A stretch of 53,235 bases of DNA from a virus (Duplodnaviria; Caudoviricetes). Every line of letters starts with the position of its first letter. Positions within the stretch are counted from its first letter, which is position 1. The stretch covers positions 1 to 53,235 of the IMG/VR virus record IMGVR_UViG_3300025083_000044; one strand, given 5' to 3'. Both the position numbers and the translations under genes were made by a program. The notes below the pieces were generated by a model. That model had not been told where the DNA came from. It saw only the letters and a program-made list of their open reading frames with translations, and ran no database searches. Below, in pieces: positions 38,686 to 48,176 of the stretch.

Positions 38686-38899
38686 TGATCTCTCCCTTTT
38701 TAAATACAATACGAACACAATACTTGCGAACAATCGCAACAAGCGTAAATACTGTTGTTTGAATAACAGAGGTGGTTAACAAACTGGCATTAAAATAATT
38801 GCACATGTTAAGAACAAAAAAAGATAAAGGCAAAGCTATTACAACGCCAACAGCTACATCGCTAAGACTTTCTTTTAAAGCGCGTCTATCAATCTTCAT
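38678..38899 (-). CDS. small two-TM membrane protein
   Basis: ESLSDVAVGVVIALPLSF...VFTLVAIVRKYCVR. Confidence 0.65.
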   Translation of the reverse strand: MKIDRRALKESLSDVAVGVVIALPLSFFVLNMCNYFNASLLTTSVIQTTVFTLVAIVRKYCVRIVFKKGEING

Positions 38900-41012
38900 T
38901 AAAAAATTCTGGATCAATCGCAACAATACGTTTTGTTGGCCGCCCAGTTCCTTTTGCCCTTAAATCTTTTTCTTGTATCTCCCCTGAGTTTTTTAATCTC
39001 TCTATAATTTCTTTAACTTCGTATGACTTCATTGATCTGAATATTTCACGTCGATCAATATCACGCTTACTTATACCCCAATCTCCTTGCGATCTAATAA
39101 AGCTAAGTATCTGTTTGATACGGCCTTCCATTTCAGATCCCGCAACCTTGTCTTTACAATTCTCTATTAGCAACTGATCGTAGTAATAGACATAATCTAT
39201 CGCCCATTGAGTTATATCGCCTTTAATTGTTTTGGCTTTCCTATCATCTGCAAGCGCTCCAATCAAAGCTAAACGCATTGCTTTTTCTCTTGTTCTAGAC
39301 AATAAAACCTCAAGCCCTTCTTTCTCCAAAGCATTTTGCTGATCTACTAATTTGTATGCCAAGCTGTCCAACAAAGCATTTGAATCATCATCAAACTTTA
39401 TAATTCTTTGTTTAAAATCTAACTCAGCATTGTCTCTAGATATCTGTTCCATTTCGTTGTCAACCTGTCTTACATGTGAAACCCAGTTGTATGTTGATTG
39501 AGGAGGCTCAACGAAAGCTACCATTTTGCCGACAGTTCTTGGCACGTGAGATTCAACAACAATAAATCTATTTAAAAATCCGTCAACAATACGACCTGTT
39601 GATAAAGCGCCATAAAAGTTTTTAGGCACACTCATACCGACCAAAGTGATTGCGGGTTTAATTGTTGATCTATCTAAAACTTCTTTTTGTTGTTTATTGG
39701 TTAGAGTCATCATTGAATAGTTATCTGGTCTTAAAACACCATGACATCTTCCCCAAGTCTCCATAAGAATTTGTAATGCGTCTTCTTTGTTTGAGTTAGA
39801 AGATTTAGATATGCTTTCCAATCTTTTACCAAACTCATCCATAACAGTTATATGAGTTGGTTTATATCTAAGTAAGCTGTAGATAGCTCCGCTTGATGTA
39901 TAGCCGTCTCCCGCCATTAAATCGCTATGCTCTGCATGATCTAAAATAGTTTCAACAACTGTCTTGACATTTTCCTTGCCTTGTCCCGACTTAGCAATAC
40001 ACATAAAAAACAAAGATGAAAAGTTATTCATATTGGTTCTATACATTCTTCCTAAAGCTACCGAGCCTAAAGATAATGCTGCTTGCATACTAATGGCTGG
40101 CTGAGATATGTGCGCTATCTTTTCTGAGTATTCATAAATGTCTTTTAATACACCAGGCGGAGAATAAAGATTAGCTGGCTCTTTTACTGTTTTGGTTGTT
40201 GATATATAAGCAGGTGCTTGTTGGTTTTTTCTGTCATGAGTTTTTTGAACTGAATTAACTGTTGTTGATATTTCACTTGCTGATAAAGGTGGAGAGTTTT
40301 GTTCGTTCCAAGACTGCACAAAGAACTCTGTAAAATCTGTATTTAAACCTTTAGCTATTAAATAACCCGCCAGTCTTGCCGCTTGATCGTTACGGCCGCC
40401 CTCAGAAACACCTTGAATAGATAAAGGTGTAGAGATTGGTTTGCCGTTGAGTTTCTCAACCCCAGTTATCTTCACCCATAATTCTTGAGTTAAGTTTGGT
40501 AAATCATCAACATCATTTAAATCCCAATCTTCAATTCTTGTAGGGGTATATATAGCTCCTGTTGCATGGATATTATGCGGAGCAACAATCAAACCACCCA
40601 CACCTCTAATATCAATAAGCTTGGCTGGATCATAGCCTTCAGTTCTTTTGGCTACCCAAGTAGTAAAATTTTCTGGATTGTTGTAATAATAATGAACCCC
40701 CTTACCTGTTGCTACTTTAAAAGGTGTTACTGGTAAGTTGGCCTCACACCAATTTACCGCTTCGGGTGTATCTGCATCTATAACAATAAACTTGCCACAG
40801 ACTAAAGCGACGACTAGATCATCTCGCCCCTTAAACCATTTCTCTATTTCTTCCGTCGTCGGCTGTCGCTCTTGGAATTTTTGCCACCCCCCTAATTCTT
40901 TGGGCGGAACTTTATTATGCCTATGGAGAGGTACTACACTTATCCCATATTCTGCATAAGCCAGAGCTAAGTCCAACGCAGAGTCTTGCGCTGTTACTTG
41001 TAAATTGAACAC
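38889..41012 (-). CDS. bifunctional primase-polymerase + PriCT + DUF3987-like helicase
   Basis: VIDAD, TGKGVHYYY, IDIRGVGG, EGGRND, KSGQGK Walker A, MDEFG Walker B. Confidence 0.88.
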   Translation of the reverse strand: MFNLQVTAQDSALDLALAYAEYGISVVPLHRHNKVPPKELGGWQKFQERQPTTEEIEKWFKGRDDLVVALVCGKFIVIDADTPEAVNWCEANLPVTPFKVATGKGVHYYYNNPENFTTWVAKRTEGYDPAKLIDIRGVGGLIVAPHNIHATGAIYTPTRIEDWDLNDVDDLPNLTQELWVKITGVEKLNGKPISTPLSIQGVSEGGRNDQAARLAGYLIAKGLNTDFTEFFVQSWNEQNSPPLSASEISTTVNSVQKTHDRKNQQAPAYISTTKTVKEPANLYSPPGVLKDIYEYSEKIAHISQPAISMQAALSLGSVALGRMYRTNMNNFSSLFFMCIAKSGQGKENVKTVVETILDHAEHSDLMAGDGYTSSGAIYSLLRYKPTHITVMDEFGKRLESISKSSNSNKEDALQILMETWGRCHGVLRPDNYSMMTLTNKQQKEVLDRSTIKPAITLVGMSVPKNFYGALSTGRIVDGFLNRFIVVESHVPRTVGKMVAFVEPPQSTYNWVSHVRQVDNEMEQISRDNAELDFKQRIIKFDDDSNALLDSLAYKLVDQQNALEKEGLEVLLSRTREKAMRLALIGALADDRKAKTIKGDITQWAIDYVYYYDQLLIENCKDKVAGSEMEGRIKQILSFIRSQGDWGISKRDIDRREIFRSMKSYEVKEIIERLKNSGEIQEKDLRAKGTGRPTKRIVAIDPEFFNED

Positions 41013-41014
41013 TC

Positions 41015-41350
41015 TTAACTTTCACTAGTTTCTTCAATAGGACCAAAAATGGATTCAAAATCTAACTTACCGCCAGAAGCTTTAATAATTTTTTTTGCCT
41101 GTTTAATAGAAGGTTGTCTAAGGCCATACCTCCACGCTTTAGTTGACGCTGCTGAACAATCAAACAGCTCCGCAGCTGGCTCTGTACCAATAAATTCTAT
41201 GTACTTCTTCAAAGTTATTCTTTGCACTTCTCTCTCCTTATATTGTGGTTCTAGATTTTTTTTCTTAAATGATTTAAGCTCTTCTTCGGTAAGACTTTTT
41301 AACCGCCATAGGTAGTTTACCTTCCATTGATTTCGGTCTACTTCTCTCAT
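41015..41350 (-). CDS. Cro-like HTH regulator (start refined)
   Basis: AAELFDCSAASTKAWRYGLRQPS helix-turn-helix. Confidence 0.7.
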   Translation of the reverse strand: MREVDRNQWKVNYLWRLKSLTEEELKSFKKKNLEPQYKEREVQRITLKKYIEFIGTEPAAELFDCSAASTKAWRYGLRQPSIKQAKKIIKASGGKLDFESIFGPIEETSES

Positions 41351-41382
41351 TTTACATTCCGTTAAAAAATTAATGTTCACAC

Positions 41383-41412
41383 ATTGTAATTCATATTAAA
41401 ATAAATTAAAAT
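41383..41412. promoter_or_regulatory. overlapping divergent sigma70-like promoters
   Basis: + TTGTAA-17-TAAAAT (41384-41412); - TTTTAA-17-TACAAT (41411-41383). Confidence 0.5.
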
Positions 41413-41442
41413 AGTATTTTTAAATAAAACGGAGAAGATTAA

Positions 41443-42153
41443 ATGTCTGATATTTTAAGTAGAATTGTAAGTCCTAGCGAATTGGTTGAAAATCAAGGCG
41501 CTAAGATTTTAATGTATGGAGCATCTGGAGCTGGTAAAACGACTGCATGTGCTACATCACCTGGAAAAACTTTAATCATAAGTATGGAAGCTGGTTTGTT
41601 GTCTATTAAAGATGCAAACAATGTTACTGCTATTGAGGTTAAAGAAGCTTCAGAAATAGAACAGATTGCTGAAATGCTTGAAAGCGGAGATCTTGATTAC
41701 GATACTGTCTGTTTAGATAGTGTTACCGAGATGTCTGAACTTTTATTAGCGCAAGAAAAAGCAAGGTCTAAAGATCCTCGACAAGCCTACGGAGAAGTTA
41801 TTAATGTAATGACTAGAACGATGCGTAGGTTTAGAGATCTTAAAATGCACGTTATTTTTGTTGCTAAAGAGGACAAGCTTCGAGACGAAGCAACAGGTAT
41901 GTTTCATTATCAACCAATGATGGTTGGCGCTAAACTACCTACCCAAATTCCTTACTTCTTTGATGAAGTGTTGTGTCTTAGGACTTTCACCGAAGAAAAT
42001 GATGAAGGGAAAAAAGTAACCAATCGTTGGTTGCAAACAGTTCTTGGGGATAATTACATCGCTAAGGATAGGAGTGGCAAGCTAGATTCTTTTGAAGAAC
42101 CTAACTTGACATATATTATTAATAAACTTGGATTTTCAAAAGGAGAAAAATAA
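41443..42153 (+). CDS. AAA_24/Sak4-like recombination ATPase
   Basis: YGASGAGKTT, VCLDSVTE, AKDRSG; adjacent to SSB. Confidence 0.85.
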   Translation: MSDILSRIVSPSELVENQGAKILMYGASGAGKTTACATSPGKTLIISMEAGLLSIKDANNVTAIEVKEASEIEQIAEMLESGDLDYDTVCLDSVTEMSELLLAQEKARSKDPRQAYGEVINVMTRTMRRFRDLKMHVIFVAKEDKLRDEATGMFHYQPMMVGAKLPTQIPYFFDEVLCLRTFTEENDEGKKVTNRWLQTVLGDNYIAKDRSGKLDSFEEPNLTYIINKLGFSKGEK

Positions 42154-42665
42154 TGAGCGATTTTGCAGACGTCAAGTTTGATTTTGAATCTGGTGGTAGT
42201 GGTGAATCTACTATTCCAGAAGGGGACTATTTAACAGAGATAAGCAAATGCGAGAAGACTACTTCTAGCAATGGCAACGACTATCTTGCGTTAGAGGTCA
42301 AAGTATGTGGTGAAAAATACAAAGGCTGGATTGCTAGAGACAATCTAAACCTTTGGTACAAAAATAGCGACGCTGAAAAGCAAGAAATGGTTAGAGAGAT
42401 AGCCTCTAGGAAATTCTCTGGCTTGGTCAAAGCGTTAGGCAGAAAAGACAACCCACCCGCTAATGGTGGCGAGCTGGTTGGTAACAAAGTGATTTGTACT
42501 TTTGGCATTGAGAAAAGTAAAAATCCTGACTATCCCGACGATAAAAACAATATCAAGGGTTTCAAGCCGTTGGAAAAGATGTCGCCTAAACAAGCAGACG
42601 ACACCCCAGCTTGGGTAACAGAAGGAACTTCTGAAGCCAAAGCTCCAGCTAAACCAAGCTTGTAA
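42153..42665 (+). CDS. single-stranded DNA-binding protein (DUF669-like)
   Basis: IPEGDY...GNDYLALE...YKG...NNIKGF; follows Sak4-like gene. Confidence 0.75.
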   Translation: MSDFADVKFDFESGGSGESTIPEGDYLTEISKCEKTTSSNGNDYLALEVKVCGEKYKGWIARDNLNLWYKNSDAEKQEMVREIASRKFSGLVKALGRKDNPPANGGELVGNKVICTFGIEKSKNPDYPDDKNNIKGFKPLEKMSPKQADDTPAWVTEGTSEAKAPAKPSL

Positions 42666-42670
42666 TTGTT

Positions 42671-42736
42671 AGGCTTTGCTAGGAAGCCTTAAAGGTATTA
42701 TCTCCCCCCATTTAGATAGTATGTACCTACCTAGCA
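42671..42736 (+). ncRNA. candidate H-type pseudoknot RNA (PK-A)
   Basis: AGGCTT/AAGCCT interleaved with TGCTAGG/CCTAGCA, internal AGGTA/TACCT hairpin, then T run. Confidence 0.5.
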
Positions 42737-42744
42737 CTTTTTTA

Positions 42745-42836
42745 GACAGGGGCCTTAATAAGAGTTATCCCTTAGTGTCTGGTCCTGTAAAGTGTCTTGA
42801 GAGCGCAGGCATTGTCGAAAAGCGCTCTACCTTTTA
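42745..42836 (+). ncRNA. candidate three-way junction + pseudoknot RNA (PK-B)
   Basis: GACA/TGTC, GGGGCC/GGTCCT, GTGTCT/AGGCAT, loop AGAGCGC pairs with downstream GCGCTCT. Confidence 0.5.
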
Positions 42837-43043
42837 ATGAATGGTTAGACTAATATGGTGAGCAGGATCTATTTCACTAACGTCTAAAATTTTTCCAAAC
42901 GTATAATCGGAACTTTCTTCCATAGAACGAAGCAAAGCAAATAGCTCTGCGGTATCAGAGTTTCTGGCCTGTAAAACAACCATATGCAGGTTGCTGTCTA
43001 TCTCATAGACGCACAGATATTGAGGAATGCTAGGAAATAACAT
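42834..43043 (-). CDS. hypothetical protein (start uncertain)
   Basis: ORF converging on the RNA elements. Confidence 0.6.
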   Translation of the reverse strand: MLFPSIPQYLCVYEIDSNLHMVVLQARNSDTAELFALLRSMEESSDYTFGKILDVSEIDPAHHISLTIH

Positions 43044-43065
43044 ACCTATCATCCTAGCATAATTT

Positions 43066-43323
43066 TTATTGATCGTTGACGTACAAAGCAATCATTGCAT
43101 AGTGAATGATTTTAAGAAGCTCTTTTTTCTTATCGTCTTTTTTGCCATAGCGCATGGCGTATTTCATTATATTACCAATACAAAACCCTTCGCCAAAACC
43201 AGCATCTACAATCATATCTGTTGCCTGGTACTTGCCCTTGGCATAGTGCTGATCGTAGGTGCTGTCTATATAATCTTTTAGCTCAGCAAGAGTAATATCT
43301 TCCTTGAATTTATAATCAATCAT
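43066..43323 (-). CDS. DUF3310-like protein (start refined)
   Basis: QHY...GEGFCIGNIMKYAMRYGKK...LLKIIHY. Confidence 0.75.
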   Translation of the reverse strand: MIDYKFKEDITLAELKDYIDSTYDQHYAKGKYQATDMIVDAGFGEGFCIGNIMKYAMRYGKKDDKKKELLKIIHYAMIALYVNDQ

Positions 43324-44182
43324 GGCAAAAACAATCCATGTTATCGTCATCAAATGGAAACTCTTGTTGCACATCAACCAAAGTAATTAATTCTCTATAA
43401 CTTGGTCTGTCAGTTCTAAATCTATTATTAAATTTTTCTTCAGTTTCCGCCCACCACTTTGCTTTTGACTTATCCTCTTTAATAATTTGGTTAATTTTTT
43501 TTCTGCTTTTTAAAAAACATAAATCGCAATTACCATGAGGGGTTTCGTTGTCTATAATTGGTAAATTAAGATCAAAATTTTGTTTTCTCCAAAAGTTATT
43601 AACATCTTCTTTTGTTGCCTTGGCTTCGTAAAGAGGTGTTAAATTAAATTTCTTTTGTGTATTTTTTGCTTTTTGTCTAGCTACCCTTCTTGGTTCGTCA
43701 TACCTAAGACCAAGAACAGTATCGTAAATCTTTATGCCTTGTTGCTTCATGTAATCGTTAATTCTTACAATTTTTAATTTATCAGTACAAAATCTAGCAA
43801 CAGGATTTGGCAATAATGCTGAATCTTTGTCATATTTGCCTGGTGTATTTAGTTCGGTTCTTGTTTTGAAATACTTAATCATTTTTGTAAATGGTTCACC
43901 ATTTCTGCTTGCTGTTTCATAATTAACTATTTTTGTGATCTGTTTATCACCACCGATCCAATCAAACTCTAACCAAATAATGCTTACACCCCATTTTTCT
44001 TGACAATCTTTAACAAAATCTAATGTTTCTGGACATTCTTTACCTGTATTGGCAAAGATCACATATAAATCTTTTGGCAGCTTTCCATTGTGTGCTTGAA
44101 TTATGTGATACAACATATAAGCAGAAGTTCTGCCACCACTAAAACTAATTAATGCTGGGCCGTTTATTTTGTATGGATTCAC
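43316..44182 (-). CDS. PAPS reductase-family (PP-loop) protein
   Basis: ISFSGGRTS, FANTGKE, RFCTDKLK, GLRYDEPRR, GNCDLCFLK, C-terminal CFCHD. Confidence 0.85.
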   Translation of the reverse strand: MNPYKINGPALISFSGGRTSAYMLYHIIQAHNGKLPKDLYVIFANTGKECPETLDFVKDCQEKWGVSIIWLEFDWIGGDKQITKIVNYETASRNGEPFTKMIKYFKTRTELNTPGKYDKDSALLPNPVARFCTDKLKIVRINDYMKQQGIKIYDTVLGLRYDEPRRVARQKAKNTQKKFNLTPLYEAKATKEDVNNFWRKQNFDLNLPIIDNETPHGNCDLCFLKSRKKINQIIKEDKSKAKWWAETEEKFNNRFRTDRPSYRELITLVDVQQEFPFDDDNMDCFCHD

Positions 44183-45015
44183 AAGGTTAGTGTAACGATA
44201 TTAGGCGAGTTATAAACAGATAGATGGCCACCTTCTGAGTGATTTTTGTACAGCTCCAAAAAGCCTTCCATCTTTTCCCAGCCAAGATTCATTTGTTCTT
44301 CTGAGATGATAAATACTTTAGATGCGTATGGGTAGACCTTCTCTTGCGCTACAAAGACAAACTCATCTAATTTAAAGCCAGCTTTCTCCATACCTCTGCG
44401 ATACCAAGCAGCCTGCATATCATAGCCATATTTTTTAACTGAATAAGCAAACTCTACTGGATCACATGATTGGGTGGTCTTGTAGTCCACTACACATATG
44501 GCGTTGTCTGGGTATGGGCTTTGGACTGGCGGACAGATAACATCTGGTCGGCATTTACAAAGAACCTCGCCTTCATACCAATAGAAACTAGCCTCTGCTA
44601 CTTTGCCTTCAGCGTTAAGGTAGATGTTGCCCTCTTCAATCATATGCTCTTTCATACCTTTAATTGCTGTCATTTCAGCTTCTTTAATAACTGTTAGGCC
44701 GCGCTCCTCATACTCTTTTTTCAGTTCTTTGTTGGCATTGGTATAGGGAGATCCCATTACAACTGCTACTGTTTGGTTAAAAGCTTCCTCACCTTCTACC
44801 AGCAAAGCGTGAGCAGCTGTACCAAAGTTCATTGCAGGAGTTGTCTCTTGGACTCTCTCCACCGCATGCAGTTGCGATTTGCCAAAGGCTCTAATCTTAC
44901 TGCTACTAATACCAACACCCGCATGGTAAACAGGGTTAGGTATATCTGAGAACACCAGGGTGTCGCCCTTTTGCTCAGACTCAAACTCTTTTAGTTCTTC
45001 TATTATCATATTCAT
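44179..45015 (-). CDS. RecE/exonuclease VIII-like (DUF3799) nuclease
   Basis: YHAGVGISSS, MNFGTAAH, KCRPD, VDYKTT, YDMQAAWY. Confidence 0.85.
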   Translation of the reverse strand: MNMIIEELKEFESEQKGDTLVFSDIPNPVYHAGVGISSSKIRAFGKSQLHAVERVQETTPAMNFGTAAHALLVEGEEAFNQTVAVVMGSPYTNANKELKKEYEERGLTVIKEAEMTAIKGMKEHMIEEGNIYLNAEGKVAEASFYWYEGEVLCKCRPDVICPPVQSPYPDNAICVVDYKTTQSCDPVEFAYSVKKYGYDMQAAWYRRGMEKAGFKLDEFVFVAQEKVYPYASKVFIISEEQMNLGWEKMEGFLELYKNHSEGGHLSVYNSPNIVTLTL

Positions 45016-45292
45016 ACTCCAAAATCATCGTTTGCACGACACTATCATTAAGCATTGGCTGAGGCCAATACCGCAACTTATTGTATAAGTTTAGCATGTT
45101 GCCTTCAAAAGACAGTTGCTTGTTATACATAGGGTTTCCTATCGAATCCCAAAAATCTTCTATTTGTTCTAAGGTATTTCTACCACCGCCAACATATTTT
45201 AATTCTGCTTCTGTATAGTCATAAGGTATAAACATAAAATCTCCCGTCTCTTTCCTAAATGGATAACAACGTGTTGGCTTACCTATCTGCAT
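44981..45292 (-). CDS. hypothetical protein
   Basis: overlap-coupled ORF between helicase and exonuclease. Confidence 0.65.
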   Translation of the reverse strand: MQIGKPTRCYPFRKETGDFMFIPYDYTEAELKYVGGGRNTLEQIEDFWDSIGNPMYNKQLSFEGNMLNLYNKLRYWPQPMLNDSVVQTMILEYEYDNRRTKRV

Positions 45293-46892
45293 AAATATGA
45301 TTAACGATATTAGGGAACTTGCCCGAATAATCGACTTTAATTAAATCTGGTTTGTTAACTTCTGTTTGTCTAAACAAAGCTTCATCTACTGTAGAGGGTG
45401 GGGATCTTCGCAAGCTATCACCACTTACCATTTTGTTCCACCAAGCCACAGCTTTCTCTCTTGCATAACCCGAATGCTCAAAGCAGATGTACTCACTAAT
45501 AATCTTATTGGGTGTCTTGTAGCTGACCTTTAATACAGGCAACGGCTTGCCTTGTTTCTGATGATTGCCAAACCACATGTTTATAACCTTGGTATCGTAG
45601 CGTTCTTTTTTGGCTGTCTTAGAAATAATATCTAACTTAGATGCAACCAGCTCTAGCTCTAGCTTACGCATAGGATAGACATAGCCACAATCAGGGCAAG
45701 TGGTTACAGCTTTAGGTACATATGATTGGCATTCTGGACAGCTCTTGACCAAAGCCTCGCCTGTTTTTTTGCGCTTGCCTTTTTGGTTGGGCGCTATTTG
45801 ATTGATAGGGCCATGACGTTCAATATTCTTGGCAAAGTCTAAAATCAAACAATCTTTCTTGCCCTCTGCTATACGCATGCCTCTACCCATCATTTGCACA
45901 TATAAGCCTGGTGAATGTGTAGGTCGCAGCATTATAATTAAATCTGTATTTGGCGCATCAAAACCTGTTGTTAACACATCGCAATTAACCAAAGCTCTAA
46001 TCTTGCCAGCTTTATAATCTGTTATTAGCTGATCTCTTTCGTTTTGATTTGTATCTCCTGTTACCACGCGAGAGGTTATATTGTTGGCATTTAAAATACC
46101 GCTGACCATTTCCGCATGATTGATACCAGCACAAAAGATTAACCATTGTTTTCTGTTTGCGCCTTTGATTAAAACTTCTTGCATGGCTTTGTTGGTTCGG
46201 CCGCTATCGTTCATCTTGGCCTGCAAATCTGTTTGAATAAACTCACCCCCTCTCAAACCTATATCATCAATCTCGTACTCAGTATCCATACATTTAGTTA
46301 CTAGAGGTGATAAGTAGCCGTCATCAATCAGCCGAATAAAGTTATCACCACTACCAAAGTCTATTGCGACATCATCAAAGATATATCCCTCGCCTTCAGT
46401 CAACATACCAGAGTTAAGTCTGTATGGAGTAGCCGTAAAGCCAACCACACGTAAATTTGGGTTGCGTTCTTTAAGGGCGACAACGAGGGAGCGGTACATT
46501 CCCTCGCCGTCTTTTGGAACAAGATGCGCTTCATCAATAGCGAGAAGATCGAATAAGGGCAGTTGATCTACCTTGTTCCAAACTGATTGAAGCTGAGCAT
46601 AGATAATATCGTTATCTGTATCTCGACTCTTTAAGCTGTTGCCATACAAACCTATATCTCCATAAGGCCAAGCGTCTTGTAGCTTTTCATAATTTTGAAA
46701 AAGTATTTCTTTAACATGCGAAACAATTAAAGTTTTTTGTTTTTTTTGTTCATTCATATGCAGCACAAAGTCTGCAATCACATGAGACTTACCAGAGCCT
46801 GTTGGCATAACAACCAAAGGATTGCCGTCCTCTATAGCAATATAATTTTCTAAAGCATCTAGAGCTTCTTGTTGGTAATCTCTTAACGGCAT
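45279..46892 (-). CDS. superfamily 2 helicase (RadD/YejH-like) with Zn finger
   Basis: LRDYQ, PTGSGKS, DEAH, TATP, QMMGRGMR, CPEC...CPDC. Confidence 0.92.
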   Translation of the reverse strand: MPLRDYQQEALDALENYIAIEDGNPLVVMPTGSGKSHVIADFVLHMNEQKKQKTLIVSHVKEILFQNYEKLQDAWPYGDIGLYGNSLKSRDTDNDIIYAQLQSVWNKVDQLPLFDLLAIDEAHLVPKDGEGMYRSLVVALKERNPNLRVVGFTATPYRLNSGMLTEGEGYIFDDVAIDFGSGDNFIRLIDDGYLSPLVTKCMDTEYEIDDIGLRGGEFIQTDLQAKMNDSGRTNKAMQEVLIKGANRKQWLIFCAGINHAEMVSGILNANNITSRVVTGDTNQNERDQLITDYKAGKIRALVNCDVLTTGFDAPNTDLIIMLRPTHSPGLYVQMMGRGMRIAEGKKDCLILDFAKNIERHGPINQIAPNQKGKRKKTGEALVKSCPECQSYVPKAVTTCPDCGYVYPMRKLELELVASKLDIISKTAKKERYDTKVINMWFGNHQKQGKPLPVLKVSYKTPNKIISEYICFEHSGYAREKAVAWWNKMVSGDSLRRSPPSTVDEALFRQTEVNKPDLIKVDYSGKFPNIVNHIYADR

Positions 46893-47000
46893 TTACTTCT
46901 TTTTCTTTTTAGGAAAAACTTTCTTTACAACTTTAGATAACTTGCCAGACTTCATAATTCGATCAAGCCTGTTAATTGTTTTAGCCTTTTTATTCTTCAT
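46893..47000 (-). CDS. 35-aa basic protein (not in ORF track)
   Basis: MKNKKAKTINRLDRIMKSGKLSKVVKKVF...; fills gap before helicase. Confidence 0.5.
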   Translation of the reverse strand: MKNKKAKTINRLDRIMKSGKLSKVVKKVFPKKKKK

Positions 47001-47166
47001 CTTTATTTGCAAAATTAGTTTTAGTTTCTTTACCGCTTGCATATTTTAATTTTCTAAAATGTTCTCCAGCGCCTTTTTGATATTCATACCAAACTATTTT
47101 TTTATCATCTTCTTCAGCTTGAAGTTTTTTTCTTTGCTTCTCTACATTTTTTTTATACTGAGTCAT
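46990..47166 (-). CDS. hypothetical protein (start refined)
   Basis: MTQYKKNVEKQRKKL... within minus-strand operon. Confidence 0.55.
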   Translation of the reverse strand: MTQYKKNVEKQRKKLQAEEDDKKIVWYEYQKGAGEHFRKLKYASGKETKTNFANKDEE

Positions 47167-47229
47167 TTTCTCTTGATCCCCCTGGTAATTGTTCAACGTC
47201 AAACCAACCGCACGGATAATTTACACCTC

Positions 47230-47364
47230 TCATTTTCCTTGACCTCTATATTTTTTACGCGTTTTGCGTTTGTTAGTTCCAGCGCCTCGGCTAAGCCTTG
47301 AGTCGCCAATAGATGTTTTCTTTTTAATACTTTGTATTTTTTCTTTAATCCAAGTCTTTGCCAT
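47230..47364 (-). CDS. 44-aa basic protein (not in ORF track)
   Basis: MAKTWIKEKIQSIKKKTSIG...RKKYRGQGK; GAGG RBS. Confidence 0.65.
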   Translation of the reverse strand: MAKTWIKEKIQSIKKKTSIGDSRLSRGAGTNKRKTRKKYRGQGK

Positions 47365-47821
47365 TGTTTTTTTCCTCTAGTTGTTTATAAAATTCTGCAA
47401 CTGCCATTATCTCCTGCCAAGTGCCGTCGCTTTTAATACAGTTGGCCCGATGAGAAACAATAAGAATGTTGCCTATAACATAACCTTTGTTGTTGTCTAT
47501 TCTCTCCATTGTGGGTGAGTTGTATCTGTTTTCATATCCATGCACAAGCTCAATACCAAGAACTGGACACTTAAAATCTTCTGGCCATACGTTCCAAATA
47601 TCTTGAGGTTTAAGAGTGCAAGGCGGCCAACCCCTGTCCAAAGTTCTGCGCCTTGCTCCAGATAACATCTTATGCGCCCAATAAGAAGGTTTGTTTCTTT
47701 TGTTTTCGTTATAGCAAGATCGACACTCCCACCTAAAAGGCGGAGCTTTCTTTAGTTTTCTATTGGGAAAGTTTACTGAGTTCAATTCTTTTGTTTCCTT
47801 GCATATAGGACATTTTCTCAC
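47345..47821 (-). CDS. HNH-type endonuclease with Zn-binding N-terminus
   Basis: CPIC...CRSC; CPVLG...SPTMERIDNNKGYVIGNILIVSHRAN. Confidence 0.75.
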   Translation of the reverse strand: MRKCPICKETKELNSVNFPNRKLKKAPPFRWECRSCYNENKRNKPSYWAHKMLSGARRRTLDRGWPPCTLKPQDIWNVWPEDFKCPVLGIELVHGYENRYNSPTMERIDNNKGYVIGNILIVSHRANCIKSDGTWQEIMAVAEFYKQLEEKNNGKDLD

Positions 47822-48084
47822 TTTGGGTCAATAGCCTTTAAATATAGTTCTTGCCAAAACTTAACTTGGTGTAAGAGATCGTTGTTTTGTTTTATTATTT
47901 CTTCTATATCTATTTTTCTGTTGTCTCCTGGTATGCAAATAGAAAAAAATATATTGTTTCTATCTACCTCAGTCTCAAACTTATCTCTCAATAAATCTGG
48001 TATGTTGGGAGCGTTTGGATCTACCTTATCTACATAAAACTTTGCTTGAACTAAAACTTCCCGCTCTTTCTTTAGTTCTTTCAT
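47818..48084 (-). CDS. hypothetical protein
   Basis: coupled ORF in operon. Confidence 0.65.
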   Translation of the reverse strand: MKELKKEREVLVQAKFYVDKVDPNAPNIPDLLRDKFETEVDRNNIFFSICIPGDNRKIDIEEIIKQNNDLLHQVKFWQELYLKAIDPK

Positions 48085-48176
48085 AAATGTTTATTCATTA
48101 ACCAAATAAAATAAAGCAAGCCACCTACAAGGTAAGTGGCTATCACACCTAAGATCCAAAGAAAAAACTCAAGCAT
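48081..48176 (-). CDS. 31-aa single-TM protein (not in ORF track)
   Basis: MLEFFLWILGVIATYLVGGLLYFIWLMNKHL; overlap-coupled. Confidence 0.5.
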   Translation of the reverse strand: MLEFFLWILGVIATYLVGGLLYFIWLMNKHL

